This document shows, in pieces, positions 1-14,010 of a stretch of DNA of 64,000 bases. Location of the stretch: the NCBI GenBank assembly GCA_951406725.2, contig OX597833.1:30132001-30196000 (forward strand). Direction: 5' to 3'. Numbering within the stretch: position 1 is the stretch's first letter; each line of letters opens with the position of its first letter. The notes under the pieces were generated by a model. The model searched no databases, was not told the DNA's origin, and worked only from the letters and a program-made list of their open reading frames with translations. The DNA is from Octopus vulgaris. Its lineage: Eukaryota. A program made the position numbers and the translations under genes.

Positions 1-717
1 GCTGGGTCATCTGCTGCTGGAGAGGACCGATCAGGTAAAGGACCTGGGTATCTTGGTGGATTCCTCCTTTTCACCTTCGGCACAGTGCATCCATGCTGCC
101 AACAAAGCACGCGGAATTCTGTTCTTGATTCGACGGTCATTCGGAATGCTCACAGCAGCCATATTCCTACCGCTCTATGTCACGCTGATGAGACCCATAT
201 TGGAGTATGGGATCCAAGCCTCTTCTCCTTATCTCCTCAAAGACATACAGCATCTCGAAAGAGTCCAGAAGCTGGCTACCCGCATGGTTCTTGGTCTCAA
301 GAATTTGTCTTATGAGGAAAGGCTGAAGACACTCGACCTTTATTCTCTAGAAAAACTATGACGCCGTGGTGATCTCATTCTTGCTCACAACATCATAAGC
401 AGAAAGTGTAACCTCTCGAAAGAGCTGTTCTTCACTCCTGCTCCAGAGCGTCGGCTGCGGGGTCATTCCGAAAAGCTCTATCTGCGACGATTTCATCTCA
501 ATCGAAGGAGAGGGGCTTTCTCCATCTGGGTTGCGGATCCATGGAATAAGCTGCCAGATGAGATGGTGAAGATGCCGACGACCGTTCGGTTCAAAGTCTC
601 CCTTGACCTTAAGTGGCCTGAACTCTTTACATAAACACCACCCTGTACATAACTCCATGTCCCCCTATATGGCCTTGCTTTTTGCTTTTTGAGCCAAAAA
701 TTAACTAACTAACTAAC
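1..717 (+). mobile_element. CR1-clade LINE, 3' fragment
   Basis: ORF 53-361 (LYVTLMRPILEYG, LERVQKLATRMV, LSYEERL) is the CR1 ORF2 C-terminus; ends in a (TAAC)n tail; near-identical to copies at 20.6 kb and 33 kb. Confidence 0.92.
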
Positions 718-926
718 ATTTGAGAGGAGAGTTTTAGTCAATATTTCACTGGTACTTATTTTAATACTGAAAGGCCGTATTAAACTTAGTGGGGTTCAAC
801 TCTATATATAAAAAGTCAAAACAAAAAGTGCAAAGCTTTTTGTCTCGTGCTCTAACAATTCTAGTATCCAACAATTGTTTCTAAAATAGCCACAGATTTA
901 GAGGAAGGAATTTAATATATTATATT

Positions 927-1123
927 GGTTTTAAATTTTGGCCAGCAATTCCAGGAGAGGGGCTGAGTCAATTACATTGACCCCAGAGCTTGACCGGTAC
1001 TTATTTTATTGACCCTAAATGAATGAAAGGCAAAGTCAACCTCAGCAGAATTTGAATCCAGAAGTTAAAGATGGACAAAATGCTGCTCAGCATTTTGTCT
1101 GGCATTCTAATGATTCTGCCACC
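927..1123 (-). mobile_element. tRNA-derived SINE (family A; CORE/MIR-like centre)
   Basis: Recurrent motif ttttggcacaaggccagcaattt...ggtacttattttat...gaaaggcaaagtcaacctc...gaatttgaac; further copies at about 4008-4168, 8587-8776, 14094-14308, 14945-15160, 15190-15382. Confidence 0.75.
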
Positions 1124-1229
1124 TTATTTGATATATGCCTAACCTTTAATACTACAACATATTTTCTCCAGTGCTCTTGTTGATATGGCCATCCACTACT
1201 CTTAATAATAATAATAATTTATTCTTTTA

Positions 1230-2330
1230 TTAGCCACGAGGTCTCACATACAAAAACATTAAATAACATACAACATAAAAGACAAAAACAGGATGATACA
1301 ATAGGTTTTTGCATGTTCACAATGTAATAACAATAAAAATTGAACAAATTCAAACTCCCAATAGGGGAGGCACTTTACGGGCCTCATGGCAAAACCCACA
1401 AAAGCCACAAGTGCCTGAACAACAGGGCAAGAGCCCTTTTCCTTTGATTCCATTTTTACAGGCACACACTCAGAATTGGTCCTTTCACACTGGCCATTCT
1501 TTCAACAAACTTGCTATAAGGCAACACTTTTCTCTCTACCCTCAACTTCCTTTGCAAGTGAAACTTGAAAAAGTTGATGAGGGCTTAGCCAAAAAGGAAA
1601 GTGTCTGTCTTTAGCCCTTTCAAAGTGGAACTACCATCGACCACATTGCATGCCTGGTGGAGAGCTGTGAGCGCTTGACAGCACTTGAGGTCCCAAGCGT
1701 TCCTCCTCAGTCTACACCTAATCCAGGATTGCAGCTCAGTCAAAGAAACGAACTATGGAAAAGTGTCTCTTACAAATGGTGACCACACCAGCTCACCGTC
1801 AAGGAAATGCTGGAGATGCCACAACCTCAGTGCATGTCTGCACATCAATAACCACATGCCCAGCCCTTCACCCTTCATTCGGCAGCTGTTGACAGCAGAT
1901 GGAGCGCCTGACCAGTAGAACACGCCCCTTCCACAGAAAATGGAAGAGTAAATGCACCAGCTTGGTCAGCCAGCAAACAGGGCAAGGGACAACTGTCAAA
2001 CAGTAATAGATGACGGATGCGATGTACGCATTTACCACATTCACTCAACCTTTTAGGGACAGCTTCCTCTCAGCCCATTTCTGGGTGAGATTGGCTACCC
2101 TGCTCGTCACCTCATCCCAGTTATTCTCCACCTGGAAGTCCAGACCAAACCAGACTCCGAGCAACTTAACGAGACCATCTGTCCAGCACCCCACAATGCT
2201 GTTCGACGGTATGGACTTGCCTCTCCAGAGGCTGACTTGCAAGCCCACTGACTTTTCTGCGTTAATTTTTGCTCCTGTCACCACTTCATATTCTTGTAGT
2301 GTTTTGCCAACGTGGATACATGACTAACCC
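1230..2330 (-). mobile_element. L1/Tx1-clade LINE, degenerate ORF2 3' fragment
   Basis: ORF 2045-2284: TGAKINAEKS...VKLLGVWFG...W...LSLKG, typical of the L1/Tx1 RT thumb region. Confidence 0.75.
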
Positions 2331-4432
2331 TAGAATGTAAGGCAAAGTCAATATCAGTGAGATTCACATCCAGAAGACAAAGGAAAAGTGAATAAATAAG
2401 CATTTTGTCTGATGCACCACCAAGTTTTGTCATTCCCACTCTATAATAGCTTAATCACTTGACCTACTAGAAATAGGTAGCAAATCTCCCTTGAATTGCA
2501 CACTAAATAATGTGAGTATATGTACATCTGAGACCATTGAAGACCAGGTCTGGCAGTGCAGGCTACAGTAGTTTAGCCACATCTGCAGGATAAGCACTGG
2601 AAGACTACCACACCAGCTTTTGTGGCAGCAGTGGCCCACACACTGGAGAATCCAGCACAGTGCACCAATGAAGACATGGGTGAAACAAATTGAGGAAAAC
2701 CTGAAGTAACAGCACCTCAACCTCAAGCATGCTAAGCCAGTGCCATGGATTGGAAAACATGGAATAACATTATCCCCAGGGTTTGTCATCTAGTGGCACC
2801 CACAGTAACATACTGGTTGAGAAGACAGCCTCCCCTTCTGTCATCAGATAGGGATTTTACTTACTGTGATGATCACAGCTTGAATAAATCAGGACAGACC
2901 CAGAGCTAAACAACAACCTTACAGGGCTTACAGTTATATGAATAAAAAAAAAAAATTTTTTTTTAATGAAATATAAGATCATATCAGTAATTAATAATTA
3001 GAATCTATTTTCTTTGTGCGAGTTTTTATTTCCCCCATTTGCAAATGAGCTTAATTCCTTTTAAAATTCATGTCCAGCAAACATATACTTAAATCAGATA
3101 ATGTTGTCTTAGTAACATGGTAGACATTTATACCAGCTTTTGATACACTTAGACATTCTGATCATGCAGTTTATAAATAAACCTCTCTTTGATAAACCTA
3201 AATTATCACATCACACCACACTGCACATCTTGGTTATTTAACCAATGCTTCAAGCAACATTATTTTAGTAACACCTTATTACATACACTATCCTTCTATC
3301 CTTCCTTCCTCCTTTTTGCCAGATTTTAATCCTGCTAAAGATAATAACAGTAATTATGAAGATAATGATGATAACAATGGCAGCCAATAATAATGAGCCT
3401 ATAGGATAACCTCTATGTGGTTGTTGATCCACTAGAAATAACAGCCAGAATCTTCCTCACTGTCTTAAAGAAGGAAATATACATTGGATAATGTAATCCA
3501 AAATGTGTGTATATATACACACATGCATGCATAGACACATATGTACATACATACATACATACGGGCTTCTTTCAGTAGATATCAAAGACACTTGCCCAAA
3601 AGTACTGTGTAGTGCGATTGAACCCAAAACCACAGGGTTGGGAAGCAAACTTCATAACTCCTCAGGAATGCTTGCACCTATATATATATATATATATATT
3701 AAGAAGACAGGGATTTGAGAAATATAGGTGAGTACCTCAGTCAGCAGGCTAACAATGTAAATGAAGCAAAATTAGAATTCAGTTAATCCAACAAAAATGT
3801 TTTATTCAAACTAAATCTCGGGAAAGAAACCAATTATGAGACTGATGCTTCCATGACAGAGTATAAATGTAAACAAATAAAGGAATGCTGCTGACTATAT
3901 TACATTTGTTAATCAGTTATGATCATTTCAATAATTAGTGTAATTTTTACATTAATTTAATATTTTATACATAATTTTTTTTTTATTATGTAAAACCATA
4001 TAATATCAGTTTCGAATTTTGTCACAAACCCAGCAATTTTGAGGGGAGGGCAGGGTAAATTGATTACATCGGTCCCAATACTCAAGTGATTCTTATTTTA
4101 TCAACCCCTAAAGAATGAAAGGTAAAGTCAGCAGATGAAATGCTGCTAAGCATTTTGCCTGGCATTGCCATTTAAAACCATATAATGTTAAGTGAAATTT
4201 TCCACAATCATCTCATCAGACTTGGATGTAAATGCAATACCAATGTACATATCCAAATTTGATGAAGTAAATATGAGAGGGAAAAAGTCTAGGAGATGAT
4301 AATAATAAATTAAATAACAAGTTATCATCAGAGAAACACCCAAGCAAAAGGACTAAAAAAAATTCTTTAGATCTATTGTAAACTAAATATTTAGGTCAAC
4401 TAAATATTTAGGGAACTGAAGATTTATTGTAT

Positions 4433-5846
4433 ACTTGCTGAATTACCCGGTAATGCTCGGAAAAGCAGGAGTTATTTCCAGTTCCCATTCCCATTACAGT
4501 TTCATGTCCTATTCCGTTCCCTGTTGAGTTCCACTCCCATTCCTATCCTCAATCCTATGTCAATATATAAATTTTAGAATCGGTTAGGTGTAATTAAGCC
4601 ATTAAATATTTTATTAACCTTTATGGTAATAGTTTATTGCTAAAAATAAGTATTACAAACTATTAATACGGTTAGTGGCTGAATAAGGAATGTCCTTATA
4701 TTTTAACAAATGAATATGCATCTGAGTAAAATAAATGAGTTGACTGGTAATGCCAGGAAAGCAGAGGTTATCCCCAGTTCCCATTTACCATTACACTGTT
4801 CCATGTCCTATTCCATTTCCAGTGCAGTTCCCATCTTTATGCCCAACCTGTTGTTTATGGTAATAATTTATTGCTAAAAATAGGTATTACAAACTACTAA
4901 TTCAATTAGTAGGTGAATAAGGAATGTCCCTATATATTTTAACAAACGAATATGCATCTGAGTAAAATAAATTAGATAAATAGATAGATTTACAAATACA
5001 TTAATAAATAGTCTGCATATTGTAGCTGACATTGTCGTGTGTCTTAGCTTATCATAGCTGATTTGTAAACATGTGCTACAGACCCACTCCCTAGGGCACC
5101 TATTATAGATTTTTATTGAAATCCAATTTGCCTATAATTCAACTGGATGTTAGGGACAAATAAATAACAAAATCAGATTTAATGTGGAAAATTATTTCAA
5201 TACCAAATTTGAAAATTTTGACAATTTTAAAATCTAGAGAGACAGACAGTTATACGATGTCTCACACACACACACACACAAATTTACAAACATACACACA
5301 GGTAATCATGAGTTTAAAATGGTATATAGTAGACATATGTATGTACTTATATGTATGTGTGGTTGTGTTTCTTTGCGATGGACAGCAGAAAAGCCACCTA
5401 TATAAGTGATATAAGTCACTCTCCTTAAAGCTACATATTCCTCACACCCACCTTTCTGTGTGTGTGTGTGTGTTGTATCTGTGTATTTACAAAAATATGT
5501 ATGCATCATCGCATGTGTATGACAGCTTTATTAACATTACCATCTTATTCTCACTGTTGCTATCACCTTCACTGATATAAGTCACTCTCTCTCTCTGTTA
5601 CTAACTTTCCCTCTGTTACTACCTGGGACTTATACTTTTTGCAACTTCCTCATTTTATCATGTAATTCGCCCAACACCCCTGGAAGGCACATTATAGATT
5701 TTTATTGAAATACAATTAGCCTATTATTGAACTGGATGTTAGTATCACATGTATTCAAAGTTTCATGAATATTGGTTGGGTGGTTTAGGCAGTAAGTTGG
5801 TAACAGATAGACAGACAGAAATTGCCATTTATAAATATATAGACTA
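4433..5846 (+). mobile_element. Non-autonomous Helitron-like element with internal duplications
   Basis: 5' end acttgctgaattacccggtaatgctcgg (ACTAGC..ACCCGG..GCCCGG-like); 3' end caaagtttcatgaatattggttgggtggttt...acagacagaaattgccatttataaatatatagaCTAG. Internal direct duplications about 4445-4735/4743-4972 and 5095-5152/5686-5742. Confidence 0.6.
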
Positions 5847-6432
5847 GGGGAGAAAGAGTTGAGATTAAGAAATAAAGGATTAGTTATACAGGAACAAAAT
5901 TTAGCTGGAATTTTAAGATGTAGAGGACATTTTATAAAGAATCATCTGTAATAAAGCTGGAGTAACACAAAAAAATAGGAACATTATTTTTAACTGTTAC
6001 AAATTATGTAAGTTGGCTAAATAGAATTTTCAAGAAAGTTTTATTGAATTGATGGGAACAACAGATTAATAATTCATTGTTTATTAGACCTATCCTGCAC
6101 CAGAGAATTTCAAGTACTTCCTTGAAATATGAATTACAGCTGCCTGCATAACCTTTGTATGGAAATACAGAACATGTAATTAACCAATGAAATGAGTAAT
6201 CAATGTTCTTCCCTTTGAGATCCTAAATAAATTTAGCAAATGAAGTACTCAGAGCTTTCCTTTTATTTTTAAAGAAATGTATTTGTTTATGTAATCTGAA
6301 TTTGAATTATTTATACCAGATAGAGATATATTTTTTCCAGAGGAAAAAATTAAAGGTACACTCCCTATTACTAATACCATTTAATTTTCTATTATTTATA
6401 GCTTCAATATTATCATGTAATTTATATATAGT

Positions 6433-7295
6433 ATTGAGTCATCTCATAAATAATGCAGTTTTTTCAATTGCATGAACTAAAAGTTGGAGGGCAACACGAT
6501 AAACTACCTGCATCAACTTGCTATAAAAGCAGGTAGTAGTGCAGGTATAGTGCAGGTCAATTTTAACAGTTATATTGTCAAAGCTATAATGGAAGTGACA
6601 AAGTAGCATATTCGGATTATTTTGCTTTATGAGTTCAATAAAGGCAACAATGCAATGGAAAGTGCAAGAAATATTAATGCTGTATATAGGGATCAAACAA
6701 TAAGTGTAAGCCAGTGTCAACAGTGGTTCCAGAAATTTCGAGCCAGAAACTACAGCCTAGAAGATAAGCTTTGTCCTGGAAGATCTGTTGAGCTTGACGA
6801 GAATGTCCTGCAAACCCTGGTGGAACAAAATCCCATCACAACTGTTGAGGAGCTAGCAGAGAAGCTTGGATTTGGTCATTTAAGTCAGTACTAGAAGCAA
6901 AACAACCATCTTTGGTTTTGAGACAAAAGGTGTTCCTCCATCAGGATAATGCTTGGCCACATACAGCAAGGATGACATTCCAAAGGCAGGAGCAGTTTGA
7001 ATGGAAAACGATGCCCCACCCACCATATTCACCAGACATTGCCCCTTCTGATTACCATTTATTCTGCAGTCTTCAAAATCATTTGGACAGAAGAAATATG
7101 AATTCTGTAGACAAGATCAGAACAATACTGGAGGAGTATTTTTCGTCACAGACAAGTGAATTTTGGAAGAGGGGCCTTGCAAGTCTACCAGATAGATGGA
7201 AGAGCAGTGTAGAAAATGAAGGAGAGTATATTTTAGATTAAAATAGAACTTTGTTTATCTTAAATTTGAAAAATAAAAGAAGTATAAAAAAACTT
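6433..7295 (+). mobile_element. Mariner (DD34D) transposon, internally deleted
   Basis: 5' TIR-like tattgagtcatctcataaataatgcagttttt; HTH region (QQWFQKFR..GR), then HQDNAWPH and HPPYSPDIAPSDYHLF. First catalytic D region deleted; right TIR truncated. Confidence 0.92.
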
Positions 7296-8397
7296 CACAG
7301 TATTCCTATTAAAGATTTTCCAATACTTTTTCAAAGTTTGAAAGACAGTTCTAGTGATACCTGAAGTAATATTTCTCTTGGGTAACCTATTTCTACCAGG
7401 TTTATTATTATATAGAGTCATGGGACTAATTCTAGATTTACTTTTTCCTCTACTTACATAAAAAGGGTGATGAATACCATTAGAGTCGAGTATGTTGAGG
7501 CTTGTTTCCTAAGTTATCCAGATTTGGATTCTAGGTTCTTATTGAAGTTTCAGAGCCTTTTAGACAGTCCACATCCTTAACCATAAAATTATTTCTATTC
7601 ACATCTGTGGAAACAATCATATCCCTATTTAGTTTTTAGCTATTTTTGCAGGAATTTAGTACAGGTTTCATCATGCAGTTAATAGTATTCTTTCTCATGT
7701 GTGACTGTTACAATACTGTCATCAGGTATATCCCAAATCTTTTTGATGTATCTGGACTTGCTAAAGCTGTATTATAATAGTTCATATCTTGAGAGAAAAT
7801 ATCTTGTCACACAGTGGGAACCTGCAACCTCATTGTTATGAAGTAAACTTCTTAACAGCACTGCTATGTCCACACTCTGTACATAATTAAACACTTACAA
7901 ATACTTATATCTTAGGTACCTCTTCATAGCAGCCATGTGTGCTTCTGAATTTACTCAATGAAACAAATGCAACTGACTTGAACTCATAATCTAACAAACT
8001 TGTCTCCAGCAAATGAAAGAGTGTCTATGTGATTATCCATCTTGCTAAAAATAGAAACCAGATCTCCCTCAGATCACATCTTACTGATTTAAAAAAGGAA
8101 AGGATACTTTGAATATTGCAATCAGAAAAAATGGTCAGATGATCATGTATTCAGAAAAAGTGGTCGGATGCTCATTGTTAGAAATTCTTTGATGTGGTGG
8201 GGTAACAACCTAGGGTTAAACAACAATAACCTATCAACCAGTAGTTATAACTACTCAGCCAGTTCATTTCTTCAAGTGAACATGAGTACCTGCATGCAAT
8301 ATTAACTCATCACTCTTCAGTTAAATGTTCAATTCTTTTGACACAAAACTGTCAATTCTTTTTACTATTAACACCTGTCTTTTCTATTTCATTTCAG

Positions 8398-8547
8398 TGT
8401 TTGATGGTTTTGCATCTGAAGAAGAGGAGGAAAATATCACAGTTATTGAAGGTGGAACAGTGTCTTTACCATGCAGCTCTGTTTACAGTCGACCTAAAGC
8501 ACATCTAGCATTTGAAAAAATAAATGATACAGGCAATAGTAACTCAA
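8398..8547 (+). CDS. Internal exon A of an Ig-superfamily gene (Ihog/CDON/BOC-like); N-terminal half of an Ig domain
   Basis: Polypyrimidine tract + ttcAG acceptor (8396-8397), GTAAGT donor at 8548, 150 nt, phase 1-1. Encodes FDGFASEEEEENITVIEGGTVSLPCSSVYSRPKAHLAFEKINDTGNSNS (V-x-E-G-x-x-V-x-L-x-C Ig motif; S-x-P-K-A as in CDON/Ihog Ig2). Confidence 0.85.
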
Positions 8548-9019
8548 GTAAGTATATTCATGTGAAAATTTATAATAATAAATAATGGTTTCTAATTTTG
8601 AAACAAGGACATCAAGTTCAGGGAAGTGGGTAAGTCAATAATATCCGAACCCAGTGCTTAACTGGTACTTTATCAACTCTGAAAGGATGAAAAGCAAAGT
8701 CAATCTCAGCGGAATTTGAACTCAGAATGTAAAGATGGACGAAATGCTGCTCAGTATTCTGTTAGCTTACTGCCTTTAAAACAATAAATAATAATTATTA
8801 TCTCTTTATTGGTCACAACGTCTAAATATATAATACAAAGCATGATATAATGAATTTACTATTTTTAACCTGTTTTAATATGTTGTGCTATGCTTTTGTC
8901 CCACCCTTGTTTACTATCATATATCAATCATTGCCATCACAGTCAAACATTCCTGACAAAGTCTCTAAAATTCACAATTTTTCATTGCTCCTGGCAACTG
9001 CTTCTTAATGAAGTTTATA

Positions 9020-9652
9020 TTGTCTGAAAATTGATCAATGAATGTTTGAGCAGGTCTCCCTCTACTGAGTCTCTGATGAGTTGTTTCCTACAATAGTAGC
9101 TTGTGTATAACTTCCTGCTTACTTCCCCAGCAATGTCCTGCAAATCGTAACTGTCTTAGGGCATTTGTAGTTGTTATTTTGGGTAATTTTCCATATAAAA
9201 TTTCATTTGTAATATGTTGATGCCAGTTTATCTTTTGTACAATCCTATTTTACTGTATAGCACCATCTAGTTTCTTCTTGAGTGCCTGTGTCAGGGTCTA
9301 TGTACCTGAAGCATACAATAACATTGACTCAACAGATGTTCTGAAAAATGATATTTGGATTTTCCTGAGTAGATCTGACTTCCACATCTTTCCCATTTTG
9401 TTCATTGCAGCCCAGGATTTGGTAATTCTAATGTCAATATCCTTTCTGATGAACTTATCCTGCTGCCCAAATATAGGAAATCAACTTCATTTAGTATTCC
9501 ATCATCTAGTGTGACAAGATTTCCATCTTTGTTTAGTGACTTGTACTCTGTCTTTGTAACATTTATGTGTTGACCAATTTTCCTAGCAGAGAATTTGATT
9601 TTATGAACAAGTTCTGGAAGTTTATCAATGGTATTTGGTAAAAGAGCTATCG
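9020..9652 (-). mobile_element. Old RTE-clade LINE fragment
   Basis: ORF 9402-9659 with IN..KTE...DFLYLGSRI; downstream frameshifted RTE thumb motifs. Confidence 0.65.
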
Positions 9653-10640
9653 TCATCATCGTTTAACATCCGCTTTCCATGCTGGCATGGGTTGGACAAT
9701 TTGACTGAGGACTGGTGAACCAGATGGCTGCACCAGGCTCCAATCTGATCTGGCAGAGTTTCTACAGCTGGATGCCCTTCCTAACGCCAACCACTCCGAG
9801 AGTGTAGTGGGTGCTTTTACGTGCCACCAGCATGAGGGCCAGTCAGGTGGTACTGGCAATGGCCACGCTCAAATGGTGATTTTTATGTGCCACCTGCACA
9901 GGAACCAGTCCTGCGGCACTGGCAATGCCCTCACTCGAATGTTGTTTTTCATGTACCACCAGCACAAGGGCCAGTAAGGTGATGCTGGTAATAATCACAC
10001 TCAAATGGTGCTTTTTACGTGCCACCGGCATGGAAGGTAGTCAGCTTCTCAGGCAACGATCACACTCGGTTGGTGCTTCAAGAGCTCCAGTAGCACGGAT
10101 GCCAGTCATCAAATTTGATTTCAATTTCACTTGCCTCAACAGGTTTTTGCAAGCAGAGTTTAGTGTCCAATGAAGGAAAGGTATGTATAAGTGGGCTGGT
10201 AACACCCCAGGCATAGGCCATGGGTTATGGTCTCACTTGGCTTGCCAGGTCTTCTCACACACTGCATATTTCCAAAGGTCTCGGTCACTTGTCATTGCCT
10301 CGGTGAGGCCTAAAGTTCGAAGGTCATGCTTCACCACCTCATCCCAGGTCTTCTTGGGTCTACCTCTTCCGCAGGTTCTCTCAACCACTAGGGTGTGGCA
10401 CTTTTTCACACAGCTATCCTCATCCATTCTTGCCACATGACCATACCAGTGCAGTCATCTCTCTTGCACACCACATCTGATACTTCTTAGGTCCAACTTT
10501 TCTCTCAAGGTACTCACACTCTGTCGAGTATGCACACTGACATTACGCATCCAGCAGAGCATACTGATTTCATTCCTTACAAGCTTATGCGTAGCCTAAG
10601 CAGTCATGGCCCATGTTTCACTGCGATATAGCATGGCTGT
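9653..10640 (-). mobile_element. RTE LINE 3' end with 3' UTR and (ATG)n tail
   Basis: ORF 10233-10436 (GRGRPKKTWDEVVKHDL); matches 34395-35540, 48630-49300 and 63770-63975. The same tail occurs alone at about 17776-18135, 29300-29680, 35580-35690, 41490-41637. Confidence 0.88.
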
Positions 10641-11054
10641 TCGTACACGTGCGTCATACATACGTCAGTTCCCAAAAGAATATTTTTCTCCTTCGTATTC
10701 TGACCACCCTCACTCTAGCACCCCCTTTCTCTCCCTGCTTCACTCTGTCTCTGTCTTTCGATTACTGCTTGCTTCGCCAAGACTTCCCCTGCCCCCACCC
10801 TATATAAACTAGCGCACATGGTTGTCTCCCATGAACACTTCTAAAGGCTTTATGCCATCCCCACCCCTACTTAGAGTTTATCTCCTATATAAGGTAGTGA
10901 TCATATAGTGCATAAATATGATGGTATTGTGTATGCAGGTTGAACTGAAGGCTGTTGTTTGTTTATGAATTTTGCCAAATGTGAGCTTTCTTTTCACATA
11001 CATGACGCTTCTGTCCCCTGTCCCAGGGTCTCACGGGCCCACATGTCCTACACC

Positions 11055-12010
11055 TCAGGGTTGGCATACTGAAAGGTAGGTCTGGTGAGATGTTGAGATG
11101 CTTGAACGGAGATGTGTTGATTTGTGTTGCCTCCAAGAAGTGAGGTGGAGAGGCGCTAGGTTCCTCACAGACAAAGAACACAGGTACAAGATTTTCTGGG
11201 CAGGGAACACTGATGGGGTCAGGGGCGTGGGTATACTTCTTGTGAAGAAATGGATTGATAAGATAATTGAGGTAGTCAGAATACTTAAGATTAGATAAGT
11301 GCTTCATCATGGGTTAGCAGCCATTATCTTGGCCTATACCCCCTGAGCCGGGACTACCTGATGGACAGAAAGACCAATTTTATGATACCCTCTTGCAGAC
11401 AACCTCGCTGATGAATGACAGGGACCTTCTCTTTGTGGCTGGTGACTTCAATGGACATGTTGGATAACATACAGGGGGCTTCCATGGCGTACATGGAGGC
11501 TACGGTTATGGTTCCCACAATGAAGAGGGAACCAGGCTGCTGGAGTTCTGCAATGCAAATGATCTTATGGTTTGCAATACTAACTTCAGGAAACCTGCCA
11601 GTCACTTAGTCACCTACTGTTTTGGCAGACACACTAGCCAAATTGAGAACATCCTCACCAGAAAAAGGGAAAGATGGCTACTTATAAATGCCAAAACCTT
11701 CCCAGGTGAAGAATGTACCCCACAACATAGACTGGTTGTTAGCGACCTCAGAATCAGGGCTAAATTGATGCCTAGAAGATGATCAGCATGGAGGAGAAGG
11801 GTCTGGAAGCTTAAAGATCCTGCAAATGGACAGAGATTTAGAGACATATTACTTGAAGCATTTGACGAAATAGAAGGGGATATAGCTTCACACTATGTGG
11901 AAGACAACTGAAAATTTTCACGAGACAACCTGCTGAGAGCCACTGACCAGATCTGTGGATGGTGCAAAGTCCCCTCTCGACCCAAAATAATGTGATGATG
12001 GAACAATGTG
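11055..12010 (+). mobile_element. RTE LINE, APE endonuclease fragment (frameshifted)
   Basis: CCLQEVRW, GDFNGH, CNTNFRK, TPQHRLVVSD motifs; colinear with 61205-62160. Confidence 0.9.
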
Positions 12011-13679
12011 GCTCTGAGGATGAGATTTTCTAATACTAGCACAAGGGCACAAATCTTGAGGTAGGAGCACAAAGGTGTGTTCTGTGTTTTCAGTGTATGT
12101 AGGACTACACTTTCCACTATGTCCTTCCTTTGTTTAGCACAGAAGACTGTGAATTCAGGGAGATTTGGCTGCTGTTTTTCTTGTTGTTTGTGTAAGCCTT
12201 CTTGTTAGTGCATTCATGGTAAACAGCAACCAGATTTGGAGGAAATGTTAAAACTGTGGTAAACTGGCATTCTATCCAGAAAAGAATGGGAGTTATTCTT
12301 TCATCTTTCATCAGTTTAACTTCGTGAAGCTGGACCTGCACATAGGTCAGGGACTAGCTCACAGCTATTGGAGAGGTGCTTTAAAAATAAAGTTTCATGG
12401 ACACCTGGAGAAAGATACAAAATCAACAAGAGGCAACCATTCCCGCATGGGTATTTCTTAAGATAGCCAACTCTATGCAAAAAAAAATGTAAGGAAAAGT
12501 CACAGGAAGCTCAATCCGGAAACGGATGTACTTTTTAATGAACACCAAATCCTTACAGCAAGGAGACAAAAATACAGTTGTATTGAGTTTCCTATTCACC
12601 TCCTCTTTCCACCACCAGTACCACCCTTAATCACATTAGTTGCGATACTTTCATGGCGCCATAGATTGGTAAAAAGGAAAAAATGGGGAGAAGGGATAAG
12701 ATGGCATATATATAAAAAATAAATAAATAAAATGTGATGCTTGAATTATATTTCTTGCCTTTTTTGCTGCAAGGTTAGGGAGAGGAGAAGAGAGAGGGTG
12801 ATAGGTGTAAGGATAGTGAACAGCTTTTTGAAATGATAATGGTTGAATAGTGGTAATAGAGCCAGGGTGAAATAAGAGTTTGGGTAAGCAGATAGGTGGA
12901 ATGGGATATGGTTAATGGTAGTGATGGAGGAATGGGGTTGGTGAAGAATTTGGTGATGGGGCCCCCAGTGGTGGTGGTGGTGGTGCAGGGTTTCAGAGTG
13001 AAACATCTGGGATCATCTTCCCACAACACCACATCATCATCACTGCCACTGTCACTGTTTTGTTGCTTCAGTGATACCAATGTGCTTTTTCAACTACTAA
13101 TTTGTTATTTATATTTGCCATAATTAGTGAGGGAGGAGTGGAGGGTGTGTCTCCAGGGGGGAGAGGGGTGGAAGTGGATGATTAGTCTCCTGCAGAACAA
13201 AAAAAAGGAAAAAGAAGGAAACTATGTCTGGAAGTGGATGGAAGTAAAATGAAGGTAAAAGTAAATATAATGTGGGGTGATATTGAGGTGGAGGGTAAAC
13301 AGCTGCCAATGATGACAGTATTCTGGCTGGTGGTGTTGGTTAGGATTGGGTGAATGTTGAGGGAGAAGGAATAGAAAAAAGAAGATAGAGAGTGAGGGGG
13401 AAATTTAATTCAGCAAAGCAATGCTTATTGAAGCATGGAGGGAGAGGAGATATTCCGAAGGGTGTGGTGTCAAAAAATAGGGGGAGAAAAAAAGAAGAAA
13501 GCGGTAAACTTCAGTGCATAAGTAGCCAAGATGTGTTGTAATGTATGGAAGGAATTTACAGAATCCCTTCACTGGTATCTAGAAGTTTTGGAGGGTTTTT
13601 TTTTTTTGTTTGCTTTTTCCTCAACAGTACACTGCATTACACATGTGCAGGGCATATTGCTTGGTATATAGCTTTAATC

Positions 13680-14010
13680 CTGTTTCAGTCAAACAGATCA
13701 ATCCTGGACTTATATTTTTGCTAAGCCTGGTACTTATTTTATCAATCTCTTTTGCTTAACTGCTAATTTACAGTGACACAAACACGCCAACACCAGTTGT
13801 CAAGCTGTGATGGGGGGCAAAGACAGCTACAAAGACAAATGCACGCACACACATATACAATGGGCTTCTTTCAGTTTTCATCTAATAAATCCATTCACAA
13901 GGCTTTGGTCAACCTGGGGCTATAGTAGAAAATACTCACCCAAGGTGCGACATAGTGAGACTGAACCCAGAGCCATGTGGTTGAGAAGCAAGCTTCAAAC
14001 CACACTGCCA
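13680..14010 (-). mobile_element. tRNA-derived SINE (family B)
   Basis: Reverse complement of the element at 46390-46745 (ggttcagtcccactg...gtgtcttctactatagcc...gtggatttggtagacggaaactgaaagaagcc). Other copies about 24965-25317(-), 28640-28980(+), 37200-37350(-), 44895-45335(+). Confidence 0.75.

Noticed and set aside
4189-4223. Minus-strand AAGT CTGATGA...GAAA ATT TC ACTT hammerhead-like match
   Set aside because: Stem I pairs but stem II cannot form; likely chance in AT-rich DNA.
6088-6135. Possible upstream exon after ttattAG
   Set aside because: The two frames I translated stop within about 15 codons and show no Ig motif.
9820-10100. Repeated tgccaccagca/gcactggca units resembling a spacer array (also 17930-18135)
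   Set aside because: Degenerate minisatellite within the RTE 3' UTR; eukaryotic context, no constant repeats or cas genes, so not CRISPR.
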